A DNA stretch of 24,000 nucleotides, from positions 750,167 to 774,166 of the forward strand of contig NZ_CAXTHT010000001.1 of NCBI RefSeq assembly GCF_964244285.1, read 5' to 3'. The position numbers were made by a program, and so were the translations under genes. The notes under the pieces were generated by a model. It did not search any database. It was given only the letters and a program-made list of their open reading frames with translations, and was not told the DNA's origin. This document shows positions 1-8,290 of the stretch, piece after piece; position 1 is the first letter of the stretch; each line of letters opens with the position of its first letter. The stretch comes from an uncultured Friedmanniella sp. GTDB lineage: Bacteria > Actinomycetota > Actinomycetes > Propionibacteriales > Propionibacteriaceae.

Positions 1-888
1 CGTCAGCCCCGGGAAGCGCCGGTCCTCGGGGATGGGCAGCGTGTTGGTGACGATGACCTCCTCGAAGCCGGTGGCGGTCAGCCGTTCCACGGCCGGGCCC
101 GAGAGGACGGCGTGCGTCGCGGCGGCGATCACGGCCTTGGCCCCGCGAGCCTTCAGCGCCTCCGCGGCCTGGCAGATGGTGCCGGCGGTGTCGATCATGT
201 CGTCGACCAGGAGGCAGACCCGGCCCCGGACGTCGCCGACGACCTCGTGCACGGCGACGGTGTTGGCCACGTTGGCATCACGCCGCTTGTGGATGATGGC
301 CAGCGGCACCCCGAGCTGGTCGGTCCACATGTCGGCCAGCCGGACCCGGCCGGCGTCGGGGGAGACCACCGTCATCTCGGACGTGTCGTAGTGCTGGGAG
401 ACGTACTGGCTCAGCACCGGGAGCGCCCAGAGGTGGTCGACCGGCCCGTCGAAGAAGCCCTGGATCTGCGCCGCGTGCAGGTCCACCGACATCAGCCGGT
501 TCGCGCCGGCGGTCTTGAACAGGTCGGCCATCAGCCGGGCCGAGATCGGCTCCCGGCCGCGGTGCTTCTTGTCCTGCCGGGCGTAGGGGTAGAAAGGTGC
601 GACGACGGTGATCCGCTTGGCGGAGGCCCGCTTCAGCGCGTCGACCATGATCAGCTGCTCCATCACCCACTCGTTGACGGGCGCCGCGTGGCTCTGGATG
701 ACGAAGGCGTCCGAGCCGCGGACCGACTCCTCGAAGCGGACGTAGATCTCGGAGTTGGCGTAGTTGAGGGCCCGGGTGGGCACGATCTCGGCCTCCATCA
801 GCCGCGCGACCTCGGCCGCCAGCTCGGGGTAGGCCCGGCCCGAGAACAGCATCAGGTGCTTCTCGCCCGCCCGCTTCAAGCCCGTCAC
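1..888 (-). CDS. prs: Ribose-phosphate pyrophosphokinase (PRPP synthetase); C-terminal end cut by the left window edge
   Basis: This gene is absent from the ORF track because it has no stop codon inside the window. Hand translation of the minus strand in the frame set by GTG 888-886 gives VTGLKRAGEKHLMLFSGRAYPELAAEVA, APFYPYARQDKKHRGREPIS, VDLHAAQIQGFFDGPVDHL, VCLLVDDMIDTAG and EVIVTNTLPIPEDRRFPGLT. These are classic PRPP synthetase signatures. The GTG start overlaps the glmU stop (GTGA). It lies downstream of glmU, as in mycobacteria. Confidence 0.9.
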   Translation of the reverse strand, partial: MTGLKRAGEKHLMLFSGRAYPELAAEVARLMEAEIVPTRALNYANSEIYVRFEESVRGSDAFVIQSHAAPVNEWVMEQLIMVDALKRASAKRITVVAPFYPYARQDKKHRGREPISARLMADLFKTAGANRLMSVDLHAAQIQGFFDGPVDHLWALPVLSQYVSQHYDTSEMTVVSPDAGRVRLADMWTDQLGVPLAIIHKRRDANVANTVAVHEVVGDVRGRVCLLVDDMIDTAGTICQAAEALKARGAKAVIAAATHAVLSGPAVERLTATGFEEVIVTNTLPIPEDRRFPGLT

Positions 889-2402
889 GACTCTGTCCCC
901 CCATGGTGCTGCTGCTCGTGCTGGGTCTGCTCGTCCTGGATCTGCTCGTCCTGGGTCTGCTCGTCCTGCCGGGCCTGGGCGGCCGCTGCGGCCCGGGCCG
1001 TCTTGGTGCCGGCCCGCTTGCGCGCCACCCAGCCCCGGATGTTGCGCTGCGTGCCCCGGGCCACGGCGAGCTCACCGACGCCGACGTGCCCGGTGATGGT
1101 GGAGCCGGCGGCGACGTAGGCCCCGTCGGCGACCTCCACCGGGTGCACCAGGACGGAGTCGCTGCCGACGAAGGACGCCCGACCGACCCTGCTCGAGGTC
1201 TTGGCCACGCCGTCGTAGTTGGCGAAGATCACCCCGGCCCCGATGTTGGCCTCCTCGCCGATCTCGGTGTCGCCGGCGTAGGTGAGGTGCGGCACCTTGG
1301 CGTGCGCCCCGATCCGGGCGTTCTTGGTCTCCACGAAGGTCCCGATCTTGCCGCCGGGGCCGAGGTTCGTCCCGGGCCGGAGGTAGGCGAACGGACCCAC
1401 CGAGGCGTCCGCCCCGATGACGCTGAGCGAGCCCTGCGTCCGGACGACGTGTGCCCCGGCTCCGACCTCGACGTCGGCCAGGGTGGTGTCCGGGCCGATC
1501 ACCGCGCCCGCGGCGACCGAGGTGGCGCCCTCCAGGCTGGTGCCGGGCAGCAGGGTGACGTCGGTGCCGAGGTCGACCGAGGCGTGCACCCAGGTGGTGG
1601 CCGGGTCGACGACCGTCACGCCCGCGCGCATCCAACGCTCCAGCGTCCGCCGGTTGAGCTCGGCGTTGAGCCGCGACAGCTGGATCCGGTCGTTGACGCC
1701 CTCGACCTGCCAGACGTCCTCGATCGGGTAGCCGGCCACCGTGCCGCCGGCGGCGCTGGCCGAGCCGATGACGTCGGTCAGGTAGAGCTCGCCCTGGCTG
1801 TTGTCGGGCTGCAGGCCGGCCAGCCCGGCGGCCAGGGTGTCGGCCTGGAAGACGTAGATGCCGGAGTTGATCTCGGTGATCCGGCGCTGGTCCTCGTCGG
1901 CGTCCCGGTGCTCGACGATGCCCTCGACGTGGCCGCTGCGGTCCCGCAGCACCCGGCCGTAGCCGGTCGGGTCGCCGACCTGGGCGGTGAGCACGGTGAC
2001 CGTCGCCTGTTCGGCGCGGTGGGCGGCCACCAGCTCGGTCAGGGTGTCGCCGGTCAGCAGCGGCACGTCGCCGTAGGTCACGACCACCTCCCCGGTCAGC
2101 GCCGGCAGCGCCGCCAGCGCGACCTGCACCGCGTGACCGGTACCGCGCTGCTCCTCCTGGACGACGGCGGTGGCGTGCGGGGCGACCTCGGCGAGGTGCG
2201 CCAGCACCTGCTCCCGCTGGTGGCCCACGACGACGACCACGTGCTCGGGCTGCAGCAGAGTGGCGGCGGTGACGGCGTAGCTCAGCATGGAGTGCCCGCC
2301 GAGCTCGTGCAGCAGCTTGGACCGGCTGGACCGCATCCGGGTGCCGCCACCGGCGGCGAGGACGATGACGGCAGCGGGCGGTGAGTCGAGCGGTCCGGGC
2401 AT
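885..2402 (-). CDS. glmU: Bifunctional UDP-N-acetylglucosamine pyrophosphorylase / glucosamine-1-phosphate N-acetyltransferase with a repetitive Gln/Asp/Glu-rich C-terminal tail
   Basis: The 505-aa ORF has an N-terminal nucleotidyltransferase motif (VIVLAAGGGTRMRS) and left-handed beta-helix hexapeptide repeats in the C-terminal half (GAHVVRTQGSLSVIGADASVGPFAYLRPGTNLGPGGKIGTFVETKNARIGAHAKV). It is followed by prs with a 4-nt overlap. Confidence 0.95.
   Translation of the reverse strand: MPGPLDSPPAAVIVLAAGGGTRMRSSRSKLLHELGGHSMLSYAVTAATLLQPEHVVVVVGHQREQVLAHLAEVAPHATAVVQEEQRGTGHAVQVALAALPALTGEVVVTYGDVPLLTGDTLTELVAAHRAEQATVTVLTAQVGDPTGYGRVLRDRSGHVEGIVEHRDADEDQRRITEINSGIYVFQADTLAAGLAGLQPDNSQGELYLTDVIGSASAAGGTVAGYPIEDVWQVEGVNDRIQLSRLNAELNRRTLERWMRAGVTVVDPATTWVHASVDLGTDVTLLPGTSLEGATSVAAGAVIGPDTTLADVEVGAGAHVVRTQGSLSVIGADASVGPFAYLRPGTNLGPGGKIGTFVETKNARIGAHAKVPHLTYAGDTEIGEEANIGAGVIFANYDGVAKTSSRVGRASFVGSDSVLVHPVEVADGAYVAAGSTITGHVGVGELAVARGTQRNIRGWVARKRAGTKTARAAAAAQARQDEQTQDEQIQDEQTQHEQQHHGGTES
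912..968 (-). repeat. 15-bp tandem repeat, about 3.8 copies, inside the glmU 3' end
   Basis: The units are ctgctcgtgctgggt, ctgctcgtcctggat, ctgctcgtcctgggt and a partial ctgctcgtcctg. On the minus strand they encode QDEQTQDEQIQDEQTQHEQ. Confidence 0.85.
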
Positions 2403-2435
2403 CGAGCTCTTTCTGGTCGCGGGACTCCTGCCGAG

Positions 2436-2514
2436 CTCCCCGGGTAGGAGTCGAACCTACGTCGCTAGTCCTGATTCAAAGTCAGGCGGGCCCTGCCGGC
2501 AGACCAACCGGGGA
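2436..2514 (-). tRNA. tRNA-Gln (anticodon UUG)
   Basis: Hand fold of the minus strand gives an acceptor stem TCCCCGG/CCGGGGA (7/7 bp), an anticodon arm CCTGA-CTTTGAA-TCAGG (anticodon TTG) and a T arm GTAGG-TTCGACT-CCTAC. The discriminator is G and no CCA is encoded. The gene lies 33 nt upstream of glmU on the same strand. My fold leaves a 9-nt variable region (see findings). Confidence 0.8.
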
Positions 2515-2646
2515 ACGACCGGTACGGCGACCGACCGGAGGTAAGACTACGCACGCCCCGTCCCCGCCGCACTCTCGACGAGAGCCGCAGCGGCCCCGGT
2601 CCGGCCCGATTTCCGCCCCGACCGGCGAACGCTCAGACTGGCGGGC

Positions 2647-3315
2647 ATGGCTGCTGCCGGGAACGCCGACCGACGCGAGTCCACGCGCGCCCGGCGGCCG
2701 GGCCGGGTGCGGATGTCGGGGGCCGACCGGCGCGAGCAGCTGATCGACGTCGCGCGGGCGCTCTTCGCCGCCCGCGGCTTCGACGGCACCTCGGTCGAGG
2801 AGATCGCCGCCCGCGCCGAGGTCAGCAAGCCGGTCGTCTACGAGCACTTCGGCGGCAAGGAGGGCCTGTACGCGGTGGTGGTGGACCGGGAGGTCCGCAC
2901 CCTGCTGGACGGCATCCGCGGCTCGCTGACCTCCGGCCACCAGCGCGAGCTGCTCGAGCAGGCGACGCTGGCCCTGCTCGACTACATCGAGGCGCACCGC
3001 GACGGCTTCCGGATCCTGGCCCGCGACTCCTCCGGGACGGGGGTCAGCGGCTCGTTCGCCACCATCCTCAGTGACGTGGCCTCCCGGGTGGAGGGCATCC
3101 TCGCGGCCGAGTTCGGCCGGCGAGGCCTCGACCCCAAGACCGCCCCGATGTACGCGCAGATGCTGGTCGGGATGGTCGCTGTCACCGGTCAGTGGTGGCT
3201 GGACGCGCAGCACCCACCCCGAGCCGAGGTGGCCGCACACCTGGTGAACCTGGCCTGGAACGGCCTCAGCCACCTGCAGGCCAAACCCACCCTGGTCACG
3301 CCGCCCGCGACCTGA
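2647..3315 (+). CDS. TetR-family transcriptional regulator
   Basis: The N-terminal TetR helix-turn-helix is RREQLIDVARALFAARGFDGTSVEEIAARAEVSKPVVYEHFGGKEGLY. The start is ambiguous (ATG 2647 or in-frame ATG 2713). Its position next to glmU and the tRNA matches the mycobacterial Rv1019-type TetR as I recall it. Confidence 0.85.
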   Translation: MAAAGNADRRESTRARRPGRVRMSGADRREQLIDVARALFAARGFDGTSVEEIAARAEVSKPVVYEHFGGKEGLYAVVVDREVRTLLDGIRGSLTSGHQRELLEQATLALLDYIEAHRDGFRILARDSSGTGVSGSFATILSDVASRVEGILAAEFGRRGLDPKTAPMYAQMLVGMVAVTGQWWLDAQHPPRAEVAAHLVNLAWNGLSHLQAKPTLVTPPAT

Positions 3316-3405
3316 GGCGCGGCCGGTTCGGCTTGCTTCCACGCTGGCGGCGCGGTTATCGTGGTGTTCTCACTTGAACGATACAGAAGACGGTCGACCA
3401 TCCCG

Positions 3406-4623
3406 ATGACCAGCACCACCACCTCCCCACCCCTCGTCCACCCCGGCACCCCGGGTGCGGACCCCCTCGGCAGCCGACGGGCCGCGAGGGCGGTGACCAC
3501 GATGTTCGCGGCCAACGGCCTGCTGATCGGGGGCTACGCCGCGTCCCTGCCGTCGCTGCGCGAGAAGCTCGGGATCGGCGACACCTCGATCGCGGTGATG
3601 CTGTTCTGCGCCGGGCTGGCGGGCATCCTCTCGATGCAGATCGGTGGCCGGCTCGCGGACGCCGTCGGCGCCCGCCAGGTGGCCCTCGCCGCCCTGACGG
3701 TCCTCATCGCCGCCGCGGTCACGGTCGCCCTCGCCCCGAGCTTCGGGGTCGCCGTCGTCGGGTTGATCTTGCTCGGGCTCGGCAACGGGGCGATCGACGT
3801 GAGCATGAACGTCATCGCCGTCCAGGTGGAGGGCGCTCGGCGCACACCGATCATGAGCTCCTTCCACGCCTACTTCTCACTCGGCAGCTTCGTCGGTGCG
3901 GGCGCGGTGTTGATCATGGCCAAGAGTCTGGACATCACCGGCGGGGACATCGTGACTCCGTTGATGATCAGCATCGCCGTCGTCGCGGTGTTGATCTTGG
4001 TGGTGCTGGTCAAGATCACCCCACAGACGCGGCCGCTCGCGCACTCGGTGGACGGCGTCCGGACCAAGATCCCGCGTGCCGCCTGGGTGCTCGGGGCCAT
4101 GGCCCTGGCCTTCGGCCTGTCCGAGGGCACGGCGGTCGACTGGTCGTCGCTGCACGTCACCGACGTGGCCCACGTGGACCCGACCACCGGCGCCCTCGGC
4201 CTGATCGCGGTCAGCGGCTTCATGGTGGTCATCCGGCTGCTCGGCGACCGGCTGGTCGCGCGCTTCGGCCGGCGCGCGGTCGTCCGGTTCGGCGGCATCT
4301 GTGCCGCCGTGGGCTACGCGGTCGTCACGCTGGTCTCGAGCCTGCCGTTGCTGGTGGCCGGCTGGGCGCTGGTCGGCTTCGGTGTCGGCATGATCGCCCC
4401 GCAGGTGTACGCCGTCGCCGGTCACCTCGGCGGCGGCCGGGTGCTGGCGGTGGTGGTCACCTTCGGTTACGCCGCGTTCCTGATGGGCCCCGCCGTGGTC
4501 GGCTTCCTCGTCCGTCACCTCGGCATCCACCACGCCATGGCCGTCCCGGCCCTGCTGTGCGCCGGCATCATCGCGCTGGCCGCCACCATGCCCCGCTCGG
4601 ACGCGGACCTGCAGGCTCACTGA
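3406..4623 (+). CDS. MFS-type membrane transporter, substrate unknown
   Basis: The ORF 3361-4623 is highly hydrophobic with about 12 predicted membrane segments (LLIGGYAASLPSL, AGLAGILSMQIGGRLADAVGAR, GLILLGLGNGAIDVSMN). I prefer ATG 3406 (MTSTTTSPP) over the track start at 3361, but the start is uncertain. Confidence 0.75.
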   Translation: MTSTTTSPPLVHPGTPGADPLGSRRAARAVTTMFAANGLLIGGYAASLPSLREKLGIGDTSIAVMLFCAGLAGILSMQIGGRLADAVGARQVALAALTVLIAAAVTVALAPSFGVAVVGLILLGLGNGAIDVSMNVIAVQVEGARRTPIMSSFHAYFSLGSFVGAGAVLIMAKSLDITGGDIVTPLMISIAVVAVLILVVLVKITPQTRPLAHSVDGVRTKIPRAAWVLGAMALAFGLSEGTAVDWSSLHVTDVAHVDPTTGALGLIAVSGFMVVIRLLGDRLVARFGRRAVVRFGGICAAVGYAVVTLVSSLPLLVAGWALVGFGVGMIAPQVYAVAGHLGGGRVLAVVVTFGYAAFLMGPAVVGFLVRHLGIHHAMAVPALLCAGIIALAATMPRSDADLQAH

Positions 4624-4651
4624 GCCGGGGAGGTGCCCGGCCGCCCGTAGG

Positions 4652-5179
4652 ATGCCGCCCATGGCCGACGACCCCGGACCTCGTGACGAGGTCGACGTCG
4701 TCGTCGAGGCCTGGGCGAGGGAACGACCCGACCTGGACGTCAACCCGATGCGGGTGCTGTCCCGGGTCACCCGGCTGGCGCGGCACCTGGACCGGCAGCG
4801 CGCGGCCGCCTTCAGTGCCCACGACCTCGAGCCCTGGGAGTTCGACGTGCTCGCCGCGCTCCGCCGGGCCGGCAGTCCCAACCAGCTCTCCCCCGGCCAG
4901 CTGAGCCGCGAGACCATGGTCACCTCCGGGACGATGACCAACCGGGTCGACCGGCTGGCCGCCCGCGGCCTGGTGCACCGCGAGCTGCACCCCGACGACA
5001 AGCGCGGCGTCCTGGTCCGGCTCACCGACGCTGGTCAGGCCGCCGTTGACGCGGCGCTGGCCGACCTGCTCGCCGCCGAGCAGCGGCTGCTGGCGGGTCT
5101 GGACGCCGACGACCAGCAGCAGCTGGCGTCGGCGCTGCGACGGCTGCTGCTGGTCTACGGCGGCGACGCGGTCACGTGA
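4652..5179 (+). CDS. MarR-family transcriptional regulator
   Basis: The winged-helix core is EFDVLAALRRAGSPNQLSPGQLSRETMVTSGTMTNRVDRLAARGLVHRELHPDDKRGVLVRLTDAG. ATG 4661 is an alternative start. Confidence 0.85.
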   Translation: MPPMADDPGPRDEVDVVVEAWARERPDLDVNPMRVLSRVTRLARHLDRQRAAAFSAHDLEPWEFDVLAALRRAGSPNQLSPGQLSRETMVTSGTMTNRVDRLAARGLVHRELHPDDKRGVLVRLTDAGQAAVDAALADLLAAEQRLLAGLDADDQQQLASALRRLLLVYGGDAVT

Positions 5180-6371
5180 GCCCGGCTGCCGCCGGCGTCT
5201 GACCAGGGCGGCCGGCCCGCACCTGGAGGACGAGCAGCCCGGCGACGACCAGGCCGGCCACCAGCTCGGGCAGCGGGCTGAAGGTACCCGCCAGGATCAG
5301 CACGGCAGCGACGCTGAACCGCAGTCCGGTCCGTCCGGAGGCCTCGTCCCGGCCCAGCTGGACCAGCCAGATGCTGGCGACGAGGACCGCCACGGGGACC
5401 GTCACGGAGGCGGCGCTGACCAGGGCCGAGGACTCGCTGTGCCGGGTCCAGTGGTCGACCCGACCGGCGAGCCCCGCCCCGGTCATGGCCGCGGAGGCGA
5501 AGACGACGTAGTGGCCGAAGCCCCAGCCGTAGCTGACCCAGACCTGGCGCTCCGCCGCCCGGTCGAGGACGTCGGCGACGTCACGGGAGAAGTAGAGCCA
5601 CCAGCAGCCGAAGACGATCAGCACGCTGCTGGCGGCCACCACCGCGACGCCGGCCCGGTCGGCCTGCTCCGTGAGGGCCGTGCTCACCGCGGTGCTGGCC
5701 GACAGGACCGTCTCGCCGAGCACGATGATGAAGAACAGGCTGTAGCGTTCGGCGATGTGGTGCGGGTGCCAGGTGGTCATGCCGGTCCGCTCGGCCCAGA
5801 CGGGCACGGCCATGTCGGCCAGGGCCAGCAGCACGAAGCACGGGACGCGCAGCACCTCGACCTCGGCCACCCAGATGTAGCTGATCCAGGCGAGCTGGAC
5901 CACCACGATCCCCGCGGCGTAGCGCAGGGCGGTGCGTCGGTGCCCCGGGTCGTGCCGGGCGGCCCGCAGCCACTGCAGCACCAGGCCGACGCGCATCACG
6001 ACGTAGCCGATGACCACCACGGTCACCTCGCCCTCGAACACCGCCGGGATGCCCGCGGCCAGCACGAGGACCCCCACGATCTGCAGGATGGTGAGCAGCC
6101 GGTAGACCACGTCGTCGTTGTCGTAGGCCGAGCCGAACCAGGTGAAGTTCAACCAGGCCCACCAGATGGCGAAGAAGGCCATCGCGAAGCCGAGGGCGCC
6201 CTGGGCCGCGTGGTGGGTCGACACGGCATGGTGGAACTCATCTGCGGCCGAGGCGATGGCCACCACGAAACACAGGTCGGTCAGCAGCTCCAGCGGCGAG
6301 GCCACCCGGTGTTCCTCGTGCGGGTCACGGGGCAGCAGCCGACGGACGAGACCCGGGACGGCGGTGGACAT
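5172..6371 (-). CDS. LtrA-like (low temperature requirement A family) integral membrane protein
   Basis: The 399-aa polytopic membrane ORF has the family-typical N-terminus RVASPLELLTDLCFVVAIASAADEFHH and many further TM segments. The family assignment rests on remembered signature only. Confidence 0.7.
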   Translation of the reverse strand: MSTAVPGLVRRLLPRDPHEEHRVASPLELLTDLCFVVAIASAADEFHHAVSTHHAAQGALGFAMAFFAIWWAWLNFTWFGSAYDNDDVVYRLLTILQIVGVLVLAAGIPAVFEGEVTVVVIGYVVMRVGLVLQWLRAARHDPGHRRTALRYAAGIVVVQLAWISYIWVAEVEVLRVPCFVLLALADMAVPVWAERTGMTTWHPHHIAERYSLFFIIVLGETVLSASTAVSTALTEQADRAGVAVVAASSVLIVFGCWWLYFSRDVADVLDRAAERQVWVSYGWGFGHYVVFASAAMTGAGLAGRVDHWTRHSESSALVSAASVTVPVAVLVASIWLVQLGRDEASGRTGLRFSVAAVLILAGTFSPLPELVAGLVVAGLLVLQVRAGRPGQTPAAAGLT

Positions 6372-6428
6372 GCGCCGACCCTAGGGGCCACCGGGCTTCG
6401 GGACCACCAGGAGCGCCGTGGCTAGGAC

Positions 6429-7358
6429 TCAGCCGACGAGCCGGGCTCCCGTCACCGGTCCACTGGCCCGGCGGACCTCGCGGCAGAGCCCGTCGGCGCT
6501 GAGCGCGACCGCCAGGTCGATGGCGGCCGGCTCGGAGGCGGCCAGGAAGGCGGCGGTCGGGCCCGAACCGGAGATCAGCGCCCCCACGGCACCGAAGTCC
6601 AGACCCGCCTCGATCACCTGACGCAGCCGCGGCTGCAGGTCCAGCGCGGCCGGCTGCAGGTCGTTCACCAGCGCCGCGCCGAGCTGGCGCGGGTCGCCCG
6701 TCCGAAGGGCGGTCATCAGCTCGTCCGGCACCTCCGGCGCGGCCGGGTGCGGGGTCAGCTGGTCGAACCGGCCGTAGACCGCCGGCGTCGAGAGGCCGTG
6801 GTGGCCGAAGCCGAGCACCCAGTGGTAGGTGCCGCGGGCCAGCGCGGGCACCACCTCCTCGCCTCGGCCGCTCCCCACGGCGGTCCCGCCCAGCAGGGCG
6901 AACGGCACGTCACTGCCCAGCTCGGCGGCCAGCGTCCGCAGCGCCTCGGCCGACAGGTCGAGGTCCCACAGCGCCGCGCAGGCCACCAGTGCGGCAGCAC
7001 CGTCGGCAGACCCTCCGGCCAGTCCGGCGGCCACCGGGATCGCCTTGCGGATGCTCAGGCTGGCGCCCAGGGAGTCGTACGGGCCGTGCGTCCGGGCCAG
7101 CAGCCGGGCGGCCCGGACGACCAGGTTGTCCTCGTCGAGCGGCACCAGGTCGGCGCCCTCGCCGCTGACGCTGACCTCGAACTCATCGGGCTCGGCCCAG
7201 CCGGCGCTCACCTCGTCGTAGAGCGAGACGGCGTGGTAGACGGTGGCCAGCGGGTGGTAACCATCCCGGCGCCGCGGGCCGACCTTCAGCGCCAGGTTGA
7301 TCTTGGCCGGCACCCTGGCCCGGACTCCCACGGACAACGGGGGGAGGGGGGAGGCCAC
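6429..7358 (-). CDS. ispE: 4-diphosphocytidyl-2-C-methyl-D-erythritol kinase (MEP pathway)
   Basis: The N-terminus VRARVPAKINLALKVGPRRRDGYHPLATVYHAVSLYDEV and the GHMP-kinase motif PVAAGLAGGSADGAAAL are present. The start is GTG. It lies 9 nt downstream of rsmA/ksgA, matching the mycobacterial rpfB-ksgA-ispE order. Confidence 0.9.
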   Translation of the reverse strand: MASPLPPLSVGVRARVPAKINLALKVGPRRRDGYHPLATVYHAVSLYDEVSAGWAEPDEFEVSVSGEGADLVPLDEDNLVVRAARLLARTHGPYDSLGASLSIRKAIPVAAGLAGGSADGAAALVACAALWDLDLSAEALRTLAAELGSDVPFALLGGTAVGSGRGEEVVPALARGTYHWVLGFGHHGLSTPAVYGRFDQLTPHPAAPEVPDELMTALRTGDPRQLGAALVNDLQPAALDLQPRLRQVIEAGLDFGAVGALISGSGPTAAFLAASEPAAIDLAVALSADGLCREVRRASGPVTGARLVG

Positions 7359-7367
7359 GCTCCGAGG

Positions 7368-8249
7368 CTAGAGGGTGGGCTCCAACGGGGCCGCAGGGGT
7401 CCGCCGGGCCAGCTGCTCGGCGATCCGGGCGAAGTCGCCGACGGTGAGCATCTCGCCCCGCAGCTGCGGGTCGACGCCGGCGGCCACCAGCACCTCGCTC
7501 GCACCGGCCGAGCTGCCGGCCAGCCCGGCCAGGGCCGACCGCAGCATCTTGCGTCGCTGCCCGAACGCCGCGTCCACCACGGCGAACACCTGCTCACGGG
7601 TGGCTGTGGTCTCGGGCAGCGGCCGGCGACGGATCGCGACCAGACCGGAATCGACGTTCGGCACCGGCCAGAAGACCGACGGGGCGACCGTGCCGACGCG
7701 GGACGTCTCCGCGTACCAGGCCATCTTCACCGAGGGAACGCCGTAGACCTTCGAGCCCGGCCCGGCGGCCAGCCGGTCGGCGACCTCCGCCTGCACCATG
7801 ACCAAGCCGCGCTGCCAGCTGCCGAACGTGGCCAGCAGGTGCAGCAGCACGGGGACGGAGACGTTGTAGGGCAGGTTCGCCACCACCACAGTCGGCGGGA
7901 CGGGCAGCTCGGTGACCCGGAGCGCGTCCGCGGTGACCACGCTCAACGCCGACGCCCGCCCAGGCAGCCGGGCCGCCACCGTCGCGGGCAGCTCGTCGGC
8001 CAGCAGCTCGTCGATCTCCACCGCGGTGACCGAGCCGGCCACGTCCAGCAGGCCCAAGGTCAGCGAGCCCAGACCCGGACCGATCTCGAGCACGGCGTCG
8101 TCCGGGCCCACCTGCGCCGTCGCCACGATGCGACGGACGGTGTTGGCGTCGTGGACGAAGTTCTGCCCGCGCTGCTTGGTGGGACGCAGGCCCAGCCGGG
8201 CGGCGATCTCGCGGACGGCGGTGGGGTCGAGCAGGCCCTGGTGTGGCAT
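7368..8249 (-). CDS. rsmA: 16S rRNA (adenine1518/1519-N6)-dimethyltransferase
   Basis: Supporting motifs are [22 protein letters not shown], the SAM-binding motif [12 protein letters not shown], and [12 protein letters not shown]. Confidence 0.92.
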   Translation of the reverse strand: MPHQGLLDPTAVREIAARLGLRPTKQRGQNFVHDANTVRRIVATAQVGPDDAVLEIGPGLGSLTLGLLDVAGSVTAVEIDELLADELPATVAARLPGRASALSVVTADALRVTELPVPPTVVVANLPYNVSVPVLLHLLATFGSWQRGLVMVQAEVADRLAAGPGSKVYGVPSVKMAWYAETSRVGTVAPSVFWPVPNVDSGLVAIRRRPLPETTATREQVFAVVDAAFGQRRKMLRSALAGLAGSSAGASEVLVAAGVDPQLRGEMLTVGDFARIAEQLARRTPAAPLEPTL

Positions 8250-8290
8250 CAGGCCGCTACTCCATCACATCGGCGACGCCCCGGATCACC

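Noticed and set aside
278-1075. 265-aa minus-strand ORF from the track spanning the prs/glmU junction
   Set aside because: It is in the wrong frame. Its translation is Arg/Pro/Gly-rich with no motifs. The neighbouring frame gives an unmistakable PRPP synthetase starting at GTG 888, and glmU occupies 885-2402.
903-2384. 493-aa plus-strand ORF antisense to glmU
   Set aside because: This is a typical high-GC shadow ORF with G/R/P/D/H-rich low-information sequence. The opposite strand carries clear GlmU signatures. The same reasoning applies to 5046-6425(+), 9558-10754(+), 12345-13643(+) and 14127-15359(-).
2572-2584. 13-bp palindrome ctctcgacgagag upstream of tetR as a TetR operator
   Set aside because: It is short, GC-typical and unsupported by a second copy or a recognisable promoter. 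I cannot distinguish it from chance without comparative data.
2436-6371. tRNA-adjacent genomic island (tRNA-Gln followed by the tetR-MFS-marR-ltrA block)
   Set aside because: There is no integrase, recombinase or repeat of the tRNA 3' end. The block lies on the 5' side of the tRNA, whereas islands integrate at the 3' end. The TetR gene is syntenic with mycobacteria.
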